64,000 nt of DNA from positions 4,320,001 to 4,384,000 of the forward strand of contig OZ242374.1 in NCBI GenBank assembly GCA_965209055.1, in the 5' to 3' direction. The position numbers and the translations under genes were made by a program. This document shows positions 51,162-61,486 of this stretch, piece after piece. The number at the start of each line of letters is the position of its first letter. Position 1 is the first letter of the stretch. Source of the stretch: Acidobacteriota bacterium (GTDB lineage Bacteria > Acidobacteriota > UBA6911 > RPQK01 > JAJDTT01). The notes under the pieces are model-generated. The model was given only the letters and a program-made list of their open reading frames with translations. It had not been told where the DNA came from and searched no databases.

Positions 51162-52511
51162 CTAGTGGCTGGTCTCGGGACCGATTCTGGTCCCCAGGAG
51201 ACTGTTGGCTCCGATTCCGGTGATGTGGACCCGGACGAATGATCCGGGGGGATCCTGACCCGGGAAATTGACCACCTTGTTGGTCGCGGTCCTTCCGAAG
51301 ATGTTCACGCCGTCGCGAGCGGGTCCTTCAACCAGAACCTCGAATTCCCTGCCCAGATACCGGTCCCGGTGGAGCTCGAGCTGGATCTCTTTCTGGCGGC
51401 GCTGCAACTGCATCAGTCGGCGGGTCTTCTCCAGTTCGGTCTGGTCATCCGTCCAGTGTTCGGCATCCGTATAGGGCCGGGGGGAGTATTTGAAGGAGAA
51501 CATGGACTCGTAGCGGACCGCTTCCAGGAGGCTCATGGTCTGCTGAAAATCGTCTTCCGTCTCCCCCGGAAACCCGACGATCACATCGGTGGAAAACGCG
51601 TAATCGGGATTCCAGCGGCGGAACTTGTCGACGATCTCCAGGTATCTCTCGCGAGTGTACTGCCTCCGCATTCGCTTCAAAATCGGATTGGACCCGCTCT
51701 GGACCGGCAGGTGGACCTGGGAACAGATGCGGGGTTCCTGCGCCATCAGCGCGATGGCGTCGTCGTTGAACTCGCGCGGATGCGGAGAGGTGAACCGGAT
51801 TCGCCGGATTCCATCCACGCGCGCCACCTGGGCCAGGAGCTCGGCGAAGCGGAACCGGGGCCGCCGGGGGTCCCGATAACTGTTGACGGTCTGTCCCAAC
51901 AGGACGATCTCCACGAATCCCAGGTCGGCTGCGCGCCGGACTTCGGCCAAAATGGTTTCGGCAGGCCGATTTCGCTCTTTGCCCCGCGTAAAAGGCACGA
52001 TGCAGAACGTGCAGCGCTTGTTGCAGCCCTCCATGATGGTGATCTGGGCCCTGAATCGGCTTGACCGCAGCACCGGTTCGATCTCGACCGGAATCGAGTC
52101 CGCCAGGAATTCGGTGCGGACCCGCCGGGACGGGTCATGATCCGAATCCTTGGAATCCAGCTCGTCCAGGAGATCGGGCAGCGAGTGGTAGAGGTGGGTC
52201 CCCACAACCAGATCAAGAAAAGGAGCCCGCTTCAGCATTCGCTCGCCCTCCTGCTGGGCCACGCAACCCACCACCCCGATTCTGAAGTTGTCCTCCTTGC
52301 GCTTTCGCTCCTTCATCTGTCCCAGACGGCTGTAGACCTTCTGGGCCGCCTTTTCGCGGACGCTGCAGGTGTTGAGCAGGAAAAGATCGGCTTCCTCGGG
52401 CGTCGAGACCGGAGTCATCCCGCGATGAACCAGGAGCCCGGAGATCTTCTCCGAGTCATGCACGTTCATCTGGCATCCGAAGGTCTCGATAAAAAAGCGC
52501 TCAGAACGCAT
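51162..52511 (-). CDS. miaB: tRNA-2-methylthio-N6-dimethylallyladenosine synthase
   Basis: TFGCQMNVHDSE, NTCSVRE, GCVAQ, radical-SAM CNKRCTFC, FTSPHP, TRAM domain. Confidence 0.95.
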   Translation of the reverse strand: MRSERFFIETFGCQMNVHDSEKISGLLVHRGMTPVSTPEEADLFLLNTCSVREKAAQKVYSRLGQMKERKRKEDNFRIGVVGCVAQQEGERMLKRAPFLDLVVGTHLYHSLPDLLDELDSKDSDHDPSRRVRTEFLADSIPVEIEPVLRSSRFRAQITIMEGCNKRCTFCIVPFTRGKERNRPAETILAEVRRAADLGFVEIVLLGQTVNSYRDPRRPRFRFAELLAQVARVDGIRRIRFTSPHPREFNDDAIALMAQEPRICSQVHLPVQSGSNPILKRMRRQYTRERYLEIVDKFRRWNPDYAFSTDVIVGFPGETEDDFQQTMSLLEAVRYESMFSFKYSPRPYTDAEHWTDDQTELEKTRRLMQLQRRQKEIQLELHRDRYLGREFEVLVEGPARDGVNIFGRTATNKVVNFPGQDPPGSFVRVHITGIGANSLLGTRIGPETSH

Positions 52512-52620
52512 CCTTCAAACTCCGCCGGCCCGCCCGGCAGCCGGTCGTTCGGCCGCCGCAACGGAATTCATTCTAGCCGATGCTCAAAAGGCGAGACAAT
52601 TGCATGGGGTCAAAACGGGA

Positions 52621-54345
52621 TCAGGAGGGCTGAGAGGCCGGCGCCTGAGGATCGTCCCGGGACCCGGAACCGGAGCCGGACGTCGCCCGCCGAAGCAGTT
52701 CCCGGGCCTGCCGGAGCGTCGTCTCCGTCAGCGAATCGCCGGCCGTCATCCGGGCCAGTTCCCGGACCCGCTCGTCTCCCTCCAGGGCCTGGACCCGAAT
52801 CACGGTCCGTCCCCCGCGAACTCCCTTGTCCACGTGCAGATGGCGTGTCGCGTGGCAGGCCAACTGAGGCCAATGGGAAACGCAGAACACCTGGTCGCGG
52901 CGGGCCAGGCGGGCCAATTTCAGGCCCACGGTGGACGCCACGCGGCCGCCGATGCCGGCGTCCACCTCATCGAAGACCAGGGTCTTGGGATACGGCGCGA
53001 ACGCGACCACCGATTTCAGGGCCAGCGTGATTCGCGAAAGCTCGCCTCCCGACGCCGTTCGCCCCAGAGGCCGGGGCGACTCCCCCGGGTTGGAACTGAT
53101 GAGGAATTCGGCGGCATCCGTTCCCTGCCCCGTCTGGACCGACTCGTCGGTTTCGATCCCGACCCGGAATACGCAACCGCCCATGGCCAGTTGGGAAAGC
53201 TCGTCCTCCACCCGCCGGCAAAACTCTCGCGCGTCTGTCCGGCGTTTCCGTGAGAGCTTCCGGGACAGCGAGAGATACCGCGATTCAAGGTCACTCTCCT
53301 CCCGAATCAACTCTTCCTCCCGCATCCGGGAGGAGTCCGCCGACGCCAACTCTTCCTCGATTTCTGCCTGGTGTTCGAGAACCTCCTCCAATGACGGCCC
53401 ATACTTCCTCTTGATGCCCTCCAAGGCCGAGAGTTTTTCTCCGACTTCGTCCAGGCGCGCCGCGTCCCACTGGATCGACGCGGCGTAGTCCCGCAATTCC
53501 AGGCCCACTTCCTCTACTTGGTAACGGAGGTCGAGACTGCGCTCGGCCGCGGATTCCATATCCGGGTCGAGACGGCTGAGATCATGCAGCCGCTTGTGGG
53601 CTTGATCCATAAGAGCGAGAACGCTCGACTCCTGATCGTAAAGCAGCCGATAGCTCTCGTATGCGGCCTGGTGCCGGCTCTCCGCCGTCGCCAGGAGATC
53701 CCGCTCCCGCTCCAGCCTACGGTCCAGCCCCGGTTCCAGGGAAAGCTGTTCCAGCTCCGACCGCTGGAAACGGAGCGTCTCCATTCTCTCGCGCCGCCGG
53801 CTCGCGCCTTCCCGGAGCCGTTCGAGACGCCGGCGGACCGCCTCCAGATCGACGTAGACCTGCCGGACCCGGTCCACCAGTTCCCCGTTTTCGCCAAAAC
53901 CGTCCAGGTGCCGAAGGTGGGTTCGCGGCCGCAACAGGCTCTGTTGATCGTGCTGGCCGTGGATGTCCGCCATCAGGCTCCCCAGGCGAACCAGGGCGCC
54001 CAGCGTCGAAAGGTTTCCGTTGATGAAGATTCGATTGGCGCCGGTCCGGGAAATCTCGCGCCGGATCACTATTTCGCCGTCTTCGGCCTCCAGGCCCGTT
54101 TCCTCCAGAAGGGACCATGCAGGATGCCCGGGTTTCAGGGAGAAGACGCCCTCGACCCGGGCCTTGCCGAAACCCTCTCGAATCATCTCCTGGGAGGCCC
54201 GTTCTCCTGCCAGAAGGGACACCGAATCCACCAGGATGGATTTCCCGGATCCGGTCTCGCCGGTGATCAGATTGAGCCCCGGGGCGAAATCCAGCTCCAG
54301 CCGGTCAATCAACGCGAAGTTGCTGATACGAAGGTACTTGAGCAT
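52621..54345 (-). CDS. recN: DNA repair protein RecN
   Basis: TGETGSGKS, DIHGQHD, ASGGELSR, FDEVDAGIGG, coiled-coil middle. Confidence 0.95.
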   Translation of the reverse strand: MLKYLRISNFALIDRLELDFAPGLNLITGETGSGKSILVDSVSLLAGERASQEMIREGFGKARVEGVFSLKPGHPAWSLLEETGLEAEDGEIVIRREISRTGANRIFINGNLSTLGALVRLGSLMADIHGQHDQQSLLRPRTHLRHLDGFGENGELVDRVRQVYVDLEAVRRRLERLREGASRRRERMETLRFQRSELEQLSLEPGLDRRLERERDLLATAESRHQAAYESYRLLYDQESSVLALMDQAHKRLHDLSRLDPDMESAAERSLDLRYQVEEVGLELRDYAASIQWDAARLDEVGEKLSALEGIKRKYGPSLEEVLEHQAEIEEELASADSSRMREEELIREESDLESRYLSLSRKLSRKRRTDAREFCRRVEDELSQLAMGGCVFRVGIETDESVQTGQGTDAAEFLISSNPGESPRPLGRTASGGELSRITLALKSVVAFAPYPKTLVFDEVDAGIGGRVASTVGLKLARLARRDQVFCVSHWPQLACHATRHLHVDKGVRGGRTVIRVQALEGDERVRELARMTAGDSLTETTLRQARELLRRATSGSGSGSRDDPQAPASQPS

Positions 54346-54515
54346 GACCTGTCGAGGGGAGGCGAGGTCGGGTTTCGCCCTTGGCCCGGAAACAGGAATC
54401 ATTATAGGGAAACCGGGCCTGCTCCGGGAGACGCGCGAGCCCGGATATGACATAGGCCTGTTCTACAATTTGGCGGCTTGTTCTCGAAGGGATTGACCGT
54501 AGCAGCGGGGGAATA

Positions 54516-55235
54516 ATGGCAGGTGGTTGGCTGATTGCTCAGGGTTCCTTCGGCAGCTTCTGGTCTCTCATCGCCCAGAGCGGGCCGGTGGCCCTCCTGG
54601 TGCTTCTGGTCCTGCTCTTCTTCTCCGTTCTGTCTTGGACTATCATCGTATCCAAGGTCAGGGCCTACAAGAGGGTGGAAGAGCAGTCGTACGAGTTCAC
54701 CGAGTTCTTCCGGCGCAGCTCGAGTCTCTCCGAGATCCACCGGGCCTGTGACGACTACCCGCTTTCGCCGCTGGCCGGAATATTCAAGGCCGGCTATCGG
54801 GAGTTGGATCATTGGATTCAAGCCAAGGGAGACGTGAGCCGGACCAACCCCATGGACCAGCACGTTGCCATACGCAGCATAGGCGGGTTGGAGAGAGCGT
54901 TGCGCAAGGCGGCCGGAGCCGAGATGACCACGCTGGAAGGCTCCCTGAGTTGGCTGGCGACGACGGGATCGGTCACCCCGTTCATCGGCCTCTTCGGAAC
55001 GGTCATCGGCATCATCAACGCGTTTCAGGGATTGGGAGAGGGTTCGGGCACCACCATCCAGGCCGTCGCTCCCGGGATCAGCGAGGCCTTGGTCGCGACG
55101 GCGGCAGGCCTTTTCGCCGCAATTCCTGCGGTGATTGCCTACAACCATTTTCTGAACCGGCTGAAAGTCATCGGCATCGAAATGGACGATTTCACCACCG
55201 AGCTCCTGAACCTGATCGAGCGGAGTTTCGCCTGA
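54516..55235 (+). CDS. tolQ: TolQ (MotA/TolQ/ExbB family)
   Basis: LATTGSVTPFIGLFGTV, VAPGISEALVATAAGL; first gene of Tol-Pal cluster. Confidence 0.9.
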   Translation: MAGGWLIAQGSFGSFWSLIAQSGPVALLVLLVLLFFSVLSWTIIVSKVRAYKRVEEQSYEFTEFFRRSSSLSEIHRACDDYPLSPLAGIFKAGYRELDHWIQAKGDVSRTNPMDQHVAIRSIGGLERALRKAAGAEMTTLEGSLSWLATTGSVTPFIGLFGTVIGIINAFQGLGEGSGTTIQAVAPGISEALVATAAGLFAAIPAVIAYNHFLNRLKVIGIEMDDFTTELLNLIERSFA

Positions 55236-55350
55236 TGGAACGGATCCGCAGCCGCGGCGGCCGATTCGTCCGGCAGTTGCGTTTTCGGACGGAACGGTAT
55301 CCGTCAGCTTGCGTCCGGCGGCACAGCGGCCTTTGCAACAGGAGGGCTGC

Positions 55351-55770
55351 GTGGCCTTCTCCGGCATAAATCCGACTCGGCCTTCCATGTCCGAGATCAA
55401 CGTCACTCCGTTGGTGGACGTCGTATTGGTCCTCCTGATCATCTTCATGGTGACGGCGCCGATCCTCCAGACCGGAATCGAAGTCAATCTTCCCCGGACG
55501 CGCACCGTTTCCAACGTCGATCCGGAGCAGCGCGCCGTGGTGACCATCGGACGCGAGGAAACCCTGTACTATGGGTCCTCACCTTTGAATTTCAATGAGT
55601 TGGGCGAGCGGTTGAAGACCGATATCGGGACCGGGAACCTGCCTGTGTTCCTCCAGGCCGACGAGGACGTCCGCTGGAAAACGATCGTCACCGTCATGGA
55701 CGCAATCCGGCTCTCGGGATACACGAATATCCAGGTCGTGACCCGGCCTTTCAAGGAGAAGGCCCCGTAG
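55351..55770 (+). CDS. tolR: TolR (ExbD/TolR family)
   Basis: EINVTPLVDVVLVLLIIFMVTAP; GTG start with AGGAGG. Confidence 0.88.
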   Translation: MAFSGINPTRPSMSEINVTPLVDVVLVLLIIFMVTAPILQTGIEVNLPRTRTVSNVDPEQRAVVTIGREETLYYGSSPLNFNELGERLKTDIGTGNLPVFLQADEDVRWKTIVTVMDAIRLSGYTNIQVVTRPFKEKAP

Positions 55771-55787
55771 GCCGCCGCAGGAAACCG

Positions 55788-56621
55788 ATGCCGCAAAGCC
55801 GAATCCTGATCACCCACGTCAAGAGCGACCGCCTTTCGCGTCCCTTCGTCTTTTCTGCGGTGGGGCACGCCGTTCTGTTTCTGGGCGCCACCTTCGTGAC
55901 CGACCTTTTCCCACCTGTGGAGATCGTCAGCGGAAGCACCGGCGCGGGCGGAGGCCAGGGAGGAAACCTGGTCTCGGTCGGCCTGGCGGCCGATCTGGGC
56001 GGCGGCGCCGGCATGTACAAGCCGGCAGTGACCCCCAGAGTCCAGGCGGCTCCTCCTCCCCAGACCAAGCGGAAACAGGAGGTGACCCCGAAGCCCGCGC
56101 CCGACCAGATCGAGTTTCAGCAGAAGACTTCACGCAAGCGCCGGTCACGTCCCAAGAAAAAAGCTCCTGTCCCCTCCCGCGCCGGTTCCAAGGACTCCCA
56201 ATCCAACGCCAAGGCACAAGTCCCCCGGAAAGCCGACGCCGGCAGCGGTGGCACCGGTGGAGCCCCGTCGGGATCCGGGGGTGGATTCGGCGGTGGACAG
56301 GGAGTGCGCGTCGGCAGCGGCACCGGGCAGGAGGGATTGCACTCCTGGTACGCTCGTCAGGTCGAGCAGCGGGTGGGACAGAACTGGCTCCGGGCTTCGT
56401 TGGGTGGGCTGGCGAGACCCGTGGAAACGGTCGTCAGCTTCGAGGTGCTGCGAAACGGCCGGATCCATCGGATCAAATTGGAGCAGGCCAGCGGGGTTCG
56501 AGCCGTTGATCTGGCCGCTCAACGCGCCATCCGCGCCAGCAGCCCATTGCCCGCTCTTCCACCGGAGTTGCGAAACCGAAGAGTGCGATTTGTGACCTAC
56601 TTCCAATATCCCCCACGGTGA
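55788..56621 (+). CDS. TolA/TonB-like energy transducer
   Basis: TM segment with SAVGH motif, Pro/Lys/Gly-rich linker, C-terminal TonB/TolA-like domain; position between tolR and tolB. Confidence 0.75.
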   Translation: MPQSRILITHVKSDRLSRPFVFSAVGHAVLFLGATFVTDLFPPVEIVSGSTGAGGGQGGNLVSVGLAADLGGGAGMYKPAVTPRVQAAPPPQTKRKQEVTPKPAPDQIEFQQKTSRKRRSRPKKKAPVPSRAGSKDSQSNAKAQVPRKADAGSGGTGGAPSGSGGGFGGGQGVRVGSGTGQEGLHSWYARQVEQRVGQNWLRASLGGLARPVETVVSFEVLRNGRIHRIKLEQASGVRAVDLAAQRAIRASSPLPALPPELRNRRVRFVTYFQYPPR

Positions 56622-57979
56622 AATCGAGGGATTGCATCATGTCTCCAGCCATTTCGTCTTTGGCCACTGTCCTCATCCTCACGCTCGTCGCGCCGACGGG
56701 AATGGCGCAGCCGTCCGACGTCAAGATCTACCCCAAGGCTCGAGAAAGCACGCGCCTGGCGGTGGCCGACTTCGTGGCCCGGACAGCGGTCACTCCGCAG
56801 ACCCGGACGGCCGCGAAGGTCTTCAATGACGTTCTCTGGACGGATCTCAAATTCTCGGCATTCTTCGAAATGCCGTCCAAGAGCTTCTATCCCTTGAAGC
56901 CGCTGCGGTCGCCGCAGGACGTGAGTTTCGATCACTGGCAGGCGCCGACTCTGGACGTCGACTTTCTGGCCTTCGGCAATCTCCACGTGGATGCCGCCGG
57001 AGCCATGATCGAAGGGTACCTCTACGACGTGAAAACGCGCCAGCAGGTGCTGGGAAAGCGCTATTCCGTATCCGACGTGACGCTGATTCGAAGGGTTGCC
57101 CACCAGTTGGCGGACCAGATCGTCTACCAGTTGTCGGCCGGCACCAGCCAGGGTGTGGCCAGCACGCAGATCACATACAGCTCGCTGAAATCGGGGAGCA
57201 AGGAAATCTACACCATGGACTATGACGGTTCCAACGTCCGAACCGTCACCGCCAACCAGGGAATCAACAAGTTTCCCGACTGGTCCGAAGACAATTCAAA
57301 ACTGGCCTTCGTGACCATTCTGCCCGGAAGCGCCCGCTGGCAGTTCTGGATCCAGAGCCTGCAAGGGGGCCGGAGCGTCATTGCAACACCCACTTCGTAT
57401 GTGTCGTCACCGGCTTTCTCCCCCGATGGCCGGCAGATCGCCTACTCCGCCCGCGGCCGCGGACATTCCAATGCGGACATCTATGTGTCGAACGCTGACG
57501 GATCCGGCAAGAACAACATCTCCAACCATCCGGCTATCGACACTTCGCCGACCTGGAGCCCCTCGTCCCGGCAGATCGCCTTCATCTCGGACCGGACCGG
57601 ACGGCCCCAACTCTGGCTCATGGATGCCGACGGATCCGACCTCCGGCAATTGGTGTCGGAAGGAGGCCACTGCGACAGTCCCAGTTGGGCCCCGGACGGA
57701 AGACACATCATCTACTCTTGGCAGGCCCCAAAACGTTGGAAACACGATGTTTATATAGTAGAAGTGGCCAGCGGAAAGATTTTCCAGCTGACCTCGGGAA
57801 CCGGAAGCAACGAACATCCCGACTGGTCCCCGGACGGCAGGCACATCGTCTTCCAGAGTACTCGAACCGGTTCCAAACAACTGTTCATCATGAATGCCGA
57901 CGGCAAGAGTAGAAGGCAAATTACGGCCTATGGTATAAACGAAAGTCCAGCTTGGTCAGGCTACCTGACCCGTCCCTGA
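56618..57979 (+). CDS. tolB: TolB beta-propeller protein
   Basis: Signal peptide, N-terminal domain, PD40 repeats (SPAFSPDGRQIAY, PTWSPS, PSWAPDG, PDWSPDG). Confidence 0.9.
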   Translation: MKSRDCIMSPAISSLATVLILTLVAPTGMAQPSDVKIYPKARESTRLAVADFVARTAVTPQTRTAAKVFNDVLWTDLKFSAFFEMPSKSFYPLKPLRSPQDVSFDHWQAPTLDVDFLAFGNLHVDAAGAMIEGYLYDVKTRQQVLGKRYSVSDVTLIRRVAHQLADQIVYQLSAGTSQGVASTQITYSSLKSGSKEIYTMDYDGSNVRTVTANQGINKFPDWSEDNSKLAFVTILPGSARWQFWIQSLQGGRSVIATPTSYVSSPAFSPDGRQIAYSARGRGHSNADIYVSNADGSGKNNISNHPAIDTSPTWSPSSRQIAFISDRTGRPQLWLMDADGSDLRQLVSEGGHCDSPSWAPDGRHIIYSWQAPKRWKHDVYIVEVASGKIFQLTSGTGSNEHPDWSPDGRHIVFQSTRTGSKQLFIMNADGKSRRQITAYGINESPAWSGYLTRP

Positions 57980-58007
57980 GTGTAATTTTTCCTTCCAAGG
58001 AGGTCCA

Positions 58008-58778
58008 ATGAACAGAGGCTTTCTGGTCACAGTGCGATTCGTTCCCTGTGTGTTAATGCTGCTGGCGGTGGGAAGCTGCAAGAAAAAGCCCCCCCCGGCC
58101 GTTGCGGCTGCCGACGCTCCAGCGGTGGCGGCCCCCACCAAACCGGCGGCCGTCATGCCGACCATTGAAATTACGGCGGAGCCCGGCACCATCGAGCGGG
58201 GCAGCCAGACGACGTTGAATTGGAAGAGCACGGATGCCACTTCCGTGCTCATCGACGGAGGTGTCGGCAACGTCGCCGAAACCGGTTCCCTGGTCCTCTC
58301 TCCAGCGGAGTCCACCACGTATACGGCCATCGCCCGCGGCAGCGGCGGCAGTGCCCGTGACAGTACCCGCGTGACCGTGGTGCCCAAGAGGGCTGACAAA
58401 CTGTCGGTCACGGATATCGAAGGTCTTCAGCGGGCCATCGACGATGGGCGGGTCCGTCCCATCTTCTTCGACTATGACAAGGCCCTGTTGGGCCCCAGGT
58501 CCAAGGGGATCCTGGAGGAGAACGCTCGCTGGATCAAAAGGTTCCCGACGGCGACGGTCATCGTCGAGGGACACTGCGACGAACGTGGCAGCGAAGAGTA
58601 CAACCTGGCTCTGGGAGATCGCCGCGCCCAGGCGACTCGCGACTACCTGCTGGACGCCGGCGTGAGTCCGACTCAGTTGGAAGCCCTCTCCTTCGGCGAG
58701 GAGCGTCCCTTCGAGAGCTGTCACGATGAGACCTGTTGGAGCAAGAACCGCCGCGCCCATTTCGCCGTCAAACGATAG
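58008..58778 (+). CDS. pal: Peptidoglycan-associated lipoprotein with extra N-terminal domain
   Basis: Lipobox VGSC, EGHCDERGSEEYNLALGDRRA, SFGEERP, KNRRAHF. Confidence 0.92.
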   Translation: MNRGFLVTVRFVPCVLMLLAVGSCKKKPPPAVAAADAPAVAAPTKPAAVMPTIEITAEPGTIERGSQTTLNWKSTDATSVLIDGGVGNVAETGSLVLSPAESTTYTAIARGSGGSARDSTRVTVVPKRADKLSVTDIEGLQRAIDDGRVRPIFFDYDKALLGPRSKGILEENARWIKRFPTATVIVEGHCDERGSEEYNLALGDRRAQATRDYLLDAGVSPTQLEALSFGEERPFESCHDETCWSKNRRAHFAVKR

Positions 58779-58907
58779 GGGCAGGCGTTGAACTTTCCGC
58801 TCGGTCGTGGGACAGGAGAGACAGCTTGCCCCGGTCCCACGGATGCCGGCGGTGGATTGTACGGGATGTCCGGCCATTACCGGAGGAACTCAACCTAGGA
58901 GCAGGCC

Positions 58908-59738
58908 ATGAAACTGTCAGCAGCCGTTCTCACGCCAGTATCGCTCGGATTATTCGCCTTCTCGATGGGCGGCACCAAGGAGGAGATCATTCGTCTGCAG
59001 AGCGATGTTCTTCAGCTCTCGAACCAGATTCGCTTGCTCCAGAAGAGCAACGACGAGACCGGATCCGTGTTCAAGTCCCTTCTGGAACAATTGAATGATC
59101 AGGTGGCACAGATGAATCTGGCGACGGATGAGTTGCACCGGACCATGCAGGATCAGAAGACGGATGTCTTCAACCTGGTCACTTCGATCCGATCCGAAGT
59201 CCAGAATCTGAGCGTAAAACTGGACGACACCAACAACCGGCTGGCGTCCGTGCAGAAACAGCAGGAAGAGCAGCAACTCAGAATGCAGTCGCTGAGAACG
59301 GCGCCGGCGAGCGCCGAGGGCAGAATCCAGCCCGATCAAGCCTACGCTGCCGCCTACAATGACTACATCATCGGAAACTACGACTTGGCCATCGCCGGTT
59401 TTCAGGACCTCCTGGCCAGCCATCCGGACAGCGAGTACAGCGACAACGCCCTCTACTACAGCGGCAGGTGTTCACTGGAGCAGAAGCGCTACGAACAGGC
59501 CATCCAAAACTTCGACCAGGTCATCAACCTGTATCCCAAGGGAGACAAGACAGCGGAGGCCTATTTCAAGAAGGCTCAGGTCTACCAGCACCTGCAGAAA
59601 AATACGGATGCCATCGACACCTTCAGGGAACTGATCGAAATCTTTCCGGATTCTCAGGAAGCGGTCCGCGCGCAACAGGAACTGGAGCGTATGGGCGTGG
59701 ATGTCGCTCAGACCAATCGGCGTTCCGGCCGCAGATGA
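58908..59738 (+). CDS. cpoB: Tol-Pal protein CpoB/YbgF (coiled coil + TPR)
   Basis: Coiled-coil N-half, TPRs (AYNDYIIGNYDLAIAGF, NALYY), follows pal. Confidence 0.82.
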   Translation: MKLSAAVLTPVSLGLFAFSMGGTKEEIIRLQSDVLQLSNQIRLLQKSNDETGSVFKSLLEQLNDQVAQMNLATDELHRTMQDQKTDVFNLVTSIRSEVQNLSVKLDDTNNRLASVQKQQEEQQLRMQSLRTAPASAEGRIQPDQAYAAAYNDYIIGNYDLAIAGFQDLLASHPDSEYSDNALYYSGRCSLEQKRYEQAIQNFDQVINLYPKGDKTAEAYFKKAQVYQHLQKNTDAIDTFRELIEIFPDSQEAVRAQQELERMGVDVAQTNRRSGRR

Positions 59739-59753
59739 CTCCGCGGCGACGGG

Positions 59754-60188
59754 TCAGAACGGGATGTCGTCGTCGGTGATCTCCACCTCCTGGGACGGCT
59801 GAGACGGCGCTGAACTCCGACGAGCAGGCCGGTCGGCTGGAGGGCGCCCTCCCATCCCGTCTGCCCGCGAATCCAGCATCTTCATGGCCAATGCTACGAT
59901 TTCAGTAGTGCGCCTTCGGTTCCCGTCTCGATCCTCCCACTCCCGGGTCTGGATTCGTCCCTCGATCATGACGAGACTTCCCTTACGCAGATATTTCTCG
60001 CATATCTCCGCCAGCCTTCTCCAGACGACGATCCTGTGCCACTCGGTCCGTTCCTGCCGTTCCCCACTTTGATCGGTCCAGACCTCGTTGGTCGCCACGG
60101 AAAAATCCGCCACCGCAGTGCCTGACGTCGTATGTCGAACTTCAGGATCGCGCCCCAGTCTTCCGATCAAGATTGCCTTGTTGAACAT
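59754..60188 (-). CDS. ssb: Single-stranded DNA-binding protein
   Basis: [26 protein letters not shown]-terminal DDDIPF; AGGAGG RBS. Confidence 0.97.
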   Translation of the reverse strand: MFNKAILIGRLGRDPEVRHTTSGTAVADFSVATNEVWTDQSGERQERTEWHRIVVWRRLAEICEKYLRKGSLVMIEGRIQTREWEDRDGNRRRTTEIVALAMKMLDSRADGMGGRPPADRPARRSSAPSQPSQEVEITDDDIPF

Positions 60189-60321
60189 CACCAACCTCCT
60201 TCGTCTGTCGTCCTTCTCACTATAACGACCGACCCCGAAAAAAACGCGTGCCGGCCTGCAACCGCACTGTCCCCTCGGAGAGTCGACCCGCTTGGCAGGT
60301 TTCGGCGGACGGTGGGTCCGT

Positions 60322-61473
60322 TCAGATGCGGCGTGCCCCGAACCGTTCGTATCCGACCAGTTCGATGACCGTCTCGATTCGTCGATCCCCTCGATGGAAG
60401 CTGGCGCCGATCCGGTCTCCGGGCCGCTTGTCGGCCAGCAGACGGACCAGGTCGTCGTGGCTCCGAACGGGCTGGCCGTCCAGGGAGACCAGAATGTCAC
60501 CCCCGATGATGAGAAAGAAGTTTCCCAGCAGGACTCTCCGCCGGCCGCCCCTCAGTCCGGCCAGATCCGAAGAACTCCCCTGCTCCACCCGTTCGATGAG
60601 AAGCCCTTCCTGAACCGGCAGCTTCAGTGCGCTCGCCAACCCCGGCGTCAGCGCTCGTCCCTGGACTCCGAACCAGGGACGGCGAACGTATCCCAGGGAG
60701 ACCAGATCGGGAACGATACGACGCAGTATGTTCACCGGGACCGCGAAACCGATCCCGGCGCTCTCGCCCGATCTGGAGTAGATGGCGGTGTTGATTCCGA
60801 TGAGCTCCCCCTGCGTGTTCAACAGCGGTCCCCCGCTGTTTCCGGGATTGATGGCGGCGTCGCTCTGGATGACGTTTTCGATGACTCCCGAGTCGGTTCT
60901 CAGGCTCCGGCCCAGGGAAGAGATGATTCCCGTCGTCAACGTGTGCTCGAATCCGAAGGGATTGCCGATGGCCAGAACCTTCTGCCCGACTTTCAGGTTG
61001 TCGCTGCTGCCCAGCTCGATGGGATGAAGTTTTTCGGCCGGACAATCGATCTCCAGGATCGCCAGATCGTTGAATCGATCGGTCCCCAGAACCTCGGCCT
61101 CGTAGCTGCTCTTGTCGTAGAGGGTGACTTCGATGCGGCTGGCCTCCTGAACGACATGGAAATTGGTCACGATGCGGCCCTTGCGGTCGATGACCACACC
61201 GCTGCCCACCCCCCGCCGCGGGATGACGTCGAACCAGAAGTTCCGCTCCAGAGTGGTGCTGGTCACGTTGACCACGCCCGGTCCCAGCTCATCATAGATG
61301 CGGATGTTGATGTCTTCGTCCTGGGTTCGGCCGGTGCCGGCCGTCTGCGTCCGGGGTTTGATGTACCCGGCATGGGCCGGCTCGGAAACCGGCCACCGAA
61401 TCAGGAAGACCACCAGCGCGGTGGAAAGCAGACTGCTGGCCAGAACCAGTCTCCAGAATTCCGTCCTCTTCAT
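60322..61473 (-). CDS. HtrA/DegP-family trypsin-like serine protease with PDZ domain
   Basis: [25 protein letters not shown] triad; N-terminal TM; one PDZ. Confidence 0.92.
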   Translation of the reverse strand: MKRTEFWRLVLASSLLSTALVVFLIRWPVSEPAHAGYIKPRTQTAGTGRTQDEDINIRIYDELGPGVVNVTSTTLERNFWFDVIPRRGVGSGVVIDRKGRIVTNFHVVQEASRIEVTLYDKSSYEAEVLGTDRFNDLAILEIDCPAEKLHPIELGSSDNLKVGQKVLAIGNPFGFEHTLTTGIISSLGRSLRTDSGVIENVIQSDAAINPGNSGGPLLNTQGELIGINTAIYSRSGESAGIGFAVPVNILRRIVPDLVSLGYVRRPWFGVQGRALTPGLASALKLPVQEGLLIERVEQGSSSDLAGLRGGRRRVLLGNFFLIIGGDILVSLDGQPVRSHDDLVRLLADKRPGDRIGASFHRGDRRIETVIELVGYERFGARRI

Positions 61474-61486
61474 GGACCCGATTATA